Assembly: GCA_964644275.1 (NCBI GenBank)
Contig: CAZXVI010000006.1
Coordinates: forward strand, 8,423 to 72,422
DNA length: 64,000 nucleotides
Origin: an uncultured Ruminococcus sp.
GTDB taxonomy: Bacteria; Bacillota; Clostridia; Oscillospirales; Ruminococcaceae
Direction of reading: 5' to 3'
Shown here: one piece after another, positions 63,578 to 64,000 of the stretch
Numbering within the stretch: position 1 is the stretch's first letter
How the letters are laid out: each line of letters begins with the position of its first letter
Program-made: the position numbers and the translations under genes
Notes under the pieces: model-generated
The model's database searches: none
What the model was told of the DNA's origin: nothing
What the model saw: only the letters and a program-made list of their open reading frames with translations

Positions 63578-64000
63578 TTATGCGCTTGTTATTTCATCGG
63601 AGGTATATTGCACTACAACTTCCCACGTCAGTACGGACTGGTCATTTGGAACCATATCCCCTGCTTCATTGCTCCAGGAGCAATAATAACCAATGCCAAT
63701 CTGGAGAGAGGTGCAATGTTCATCCTCGGGCACAGGAATGATGAGAACAGCGGTACCATTTTCATCGAAAACAGTGGTATAATTAGAGCATCCCTCACCA
63801 TTTACCCACTCATTTGCCTCAGCATCCCAGTAACCATAATAGGTATAGAACTGGATGCTTTCATTTGCTACACCGTCTGTCAGCGTGAGCTGAATCTTCT
63901 CAACATTTGTCACGTCAACAGCAACATAACACTTTTCATTGCCATCCGCATCTGTTTCAGAAACAACCTCAATATCCAATACCTCAGTGGTACCCGTCAA
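63578..64000 (-). CDS. C-terminal part of a larger protein truncated by the window edge (unknown function)
   Basis: The frame is open to the window end. It encodes ..VAVDVTNVEKIQLTLTDGVANESIQFYTYYGYWDAEANEWVNGEGCS..; the acidic, beta-rich composition suggests an extracellular domain. No family recognised. Confidence 0.5.
   Translation of the reverse strand: MTGTTEVLDIEVVSETDADGNEKCYVAVDVTNVEKIQLTLTDGVANESIQFYTYYGYWDAEANEWVNGEGCSNYTTVFDENGTAVLIIPVPEDEHCTSLQIGIGYYCSWSNEAGDMVPNDQSVLTWEVVVQYTSDEITSA

Noticed and set aside
1-64000. A search by eye of the ORF translations and intergenic regions for mobile elements, prophage genes, toxin-antitoxin pairs, CRISPR arrays, rRNA/tRNA genes and known defence systems.
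   Set aside because: I recognised no integrase, transposase, recombinase, reverse transcriptase, cas, restriction or abortive-infection domains. No tRNA-like or rRNA-like sequence was seen. tRNAscan/Infernal and a defence-system HMM scan would be needed to be certain.

Overview
This is a 64-kb chromosomal segment from a spore-forming Firmicute, probably Clostridia. The evidence is spoVM, a SpoVK-type AAA+ protein, an AbrB-type regulator, the rplU-prp-rpmA unit, GGAGG-type ribosome-binding sites and sigmaA-type TTGACA-N17-TATAAT promoters. About two thirds is housekeeping DNA with Bacillus-like synteny. On the minus strand: engB-lon-clpX-clpP-tig; thrC-yraN-rnhB-rbgA-lepB-lepB-rplS; and yicC-gmk-rpoZ-priA-def-fmt-rsmB-rlmN-prpC-prkC-rsgA-thiN-spoVM. 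On the plus strand: rplU-prp-rpmA-obg-mrnC-yebC. I recognise three riboswitches by their conserved cores: a lysine L-box before asd-dapA-dapB, an FMN element before ribD-ribE-ribBA-ribH plus a HAD phosphatase, and a compact cobalamin element. Two long ribosomal-protein leaders (rplS, rplU) are also present. The accessory part runs from about 12.9 to 25.2 kb. It holds three AraC-type regulators with uncharacterised partners. It also holds the most interesting locus, at 18.17-25.15 kb: a B12-riboswitch-gated operon. That operon encodes a small DNA-binding-repeat-like protein, a sortase-anchored wall protein, a membrane-tethered protein that pairs an alpha/alpha-toroid domain with a DUF4430 (transcobalamin beta-domain-like) domain, a complete dedicated ECF importer (T, fused A-A', S) and a cysteine-rich small protein. 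I read it as a candidate Gram-positive extracellular corrinoid-capture and import system; this is inference from motifs and context, not a demonstrated function. I found no CRISPR array, rRNA, tRNA, transposase, integrase or recognisable defence system. Coordinates of short motifs were counted by hand and may be off by 1-2 nt.
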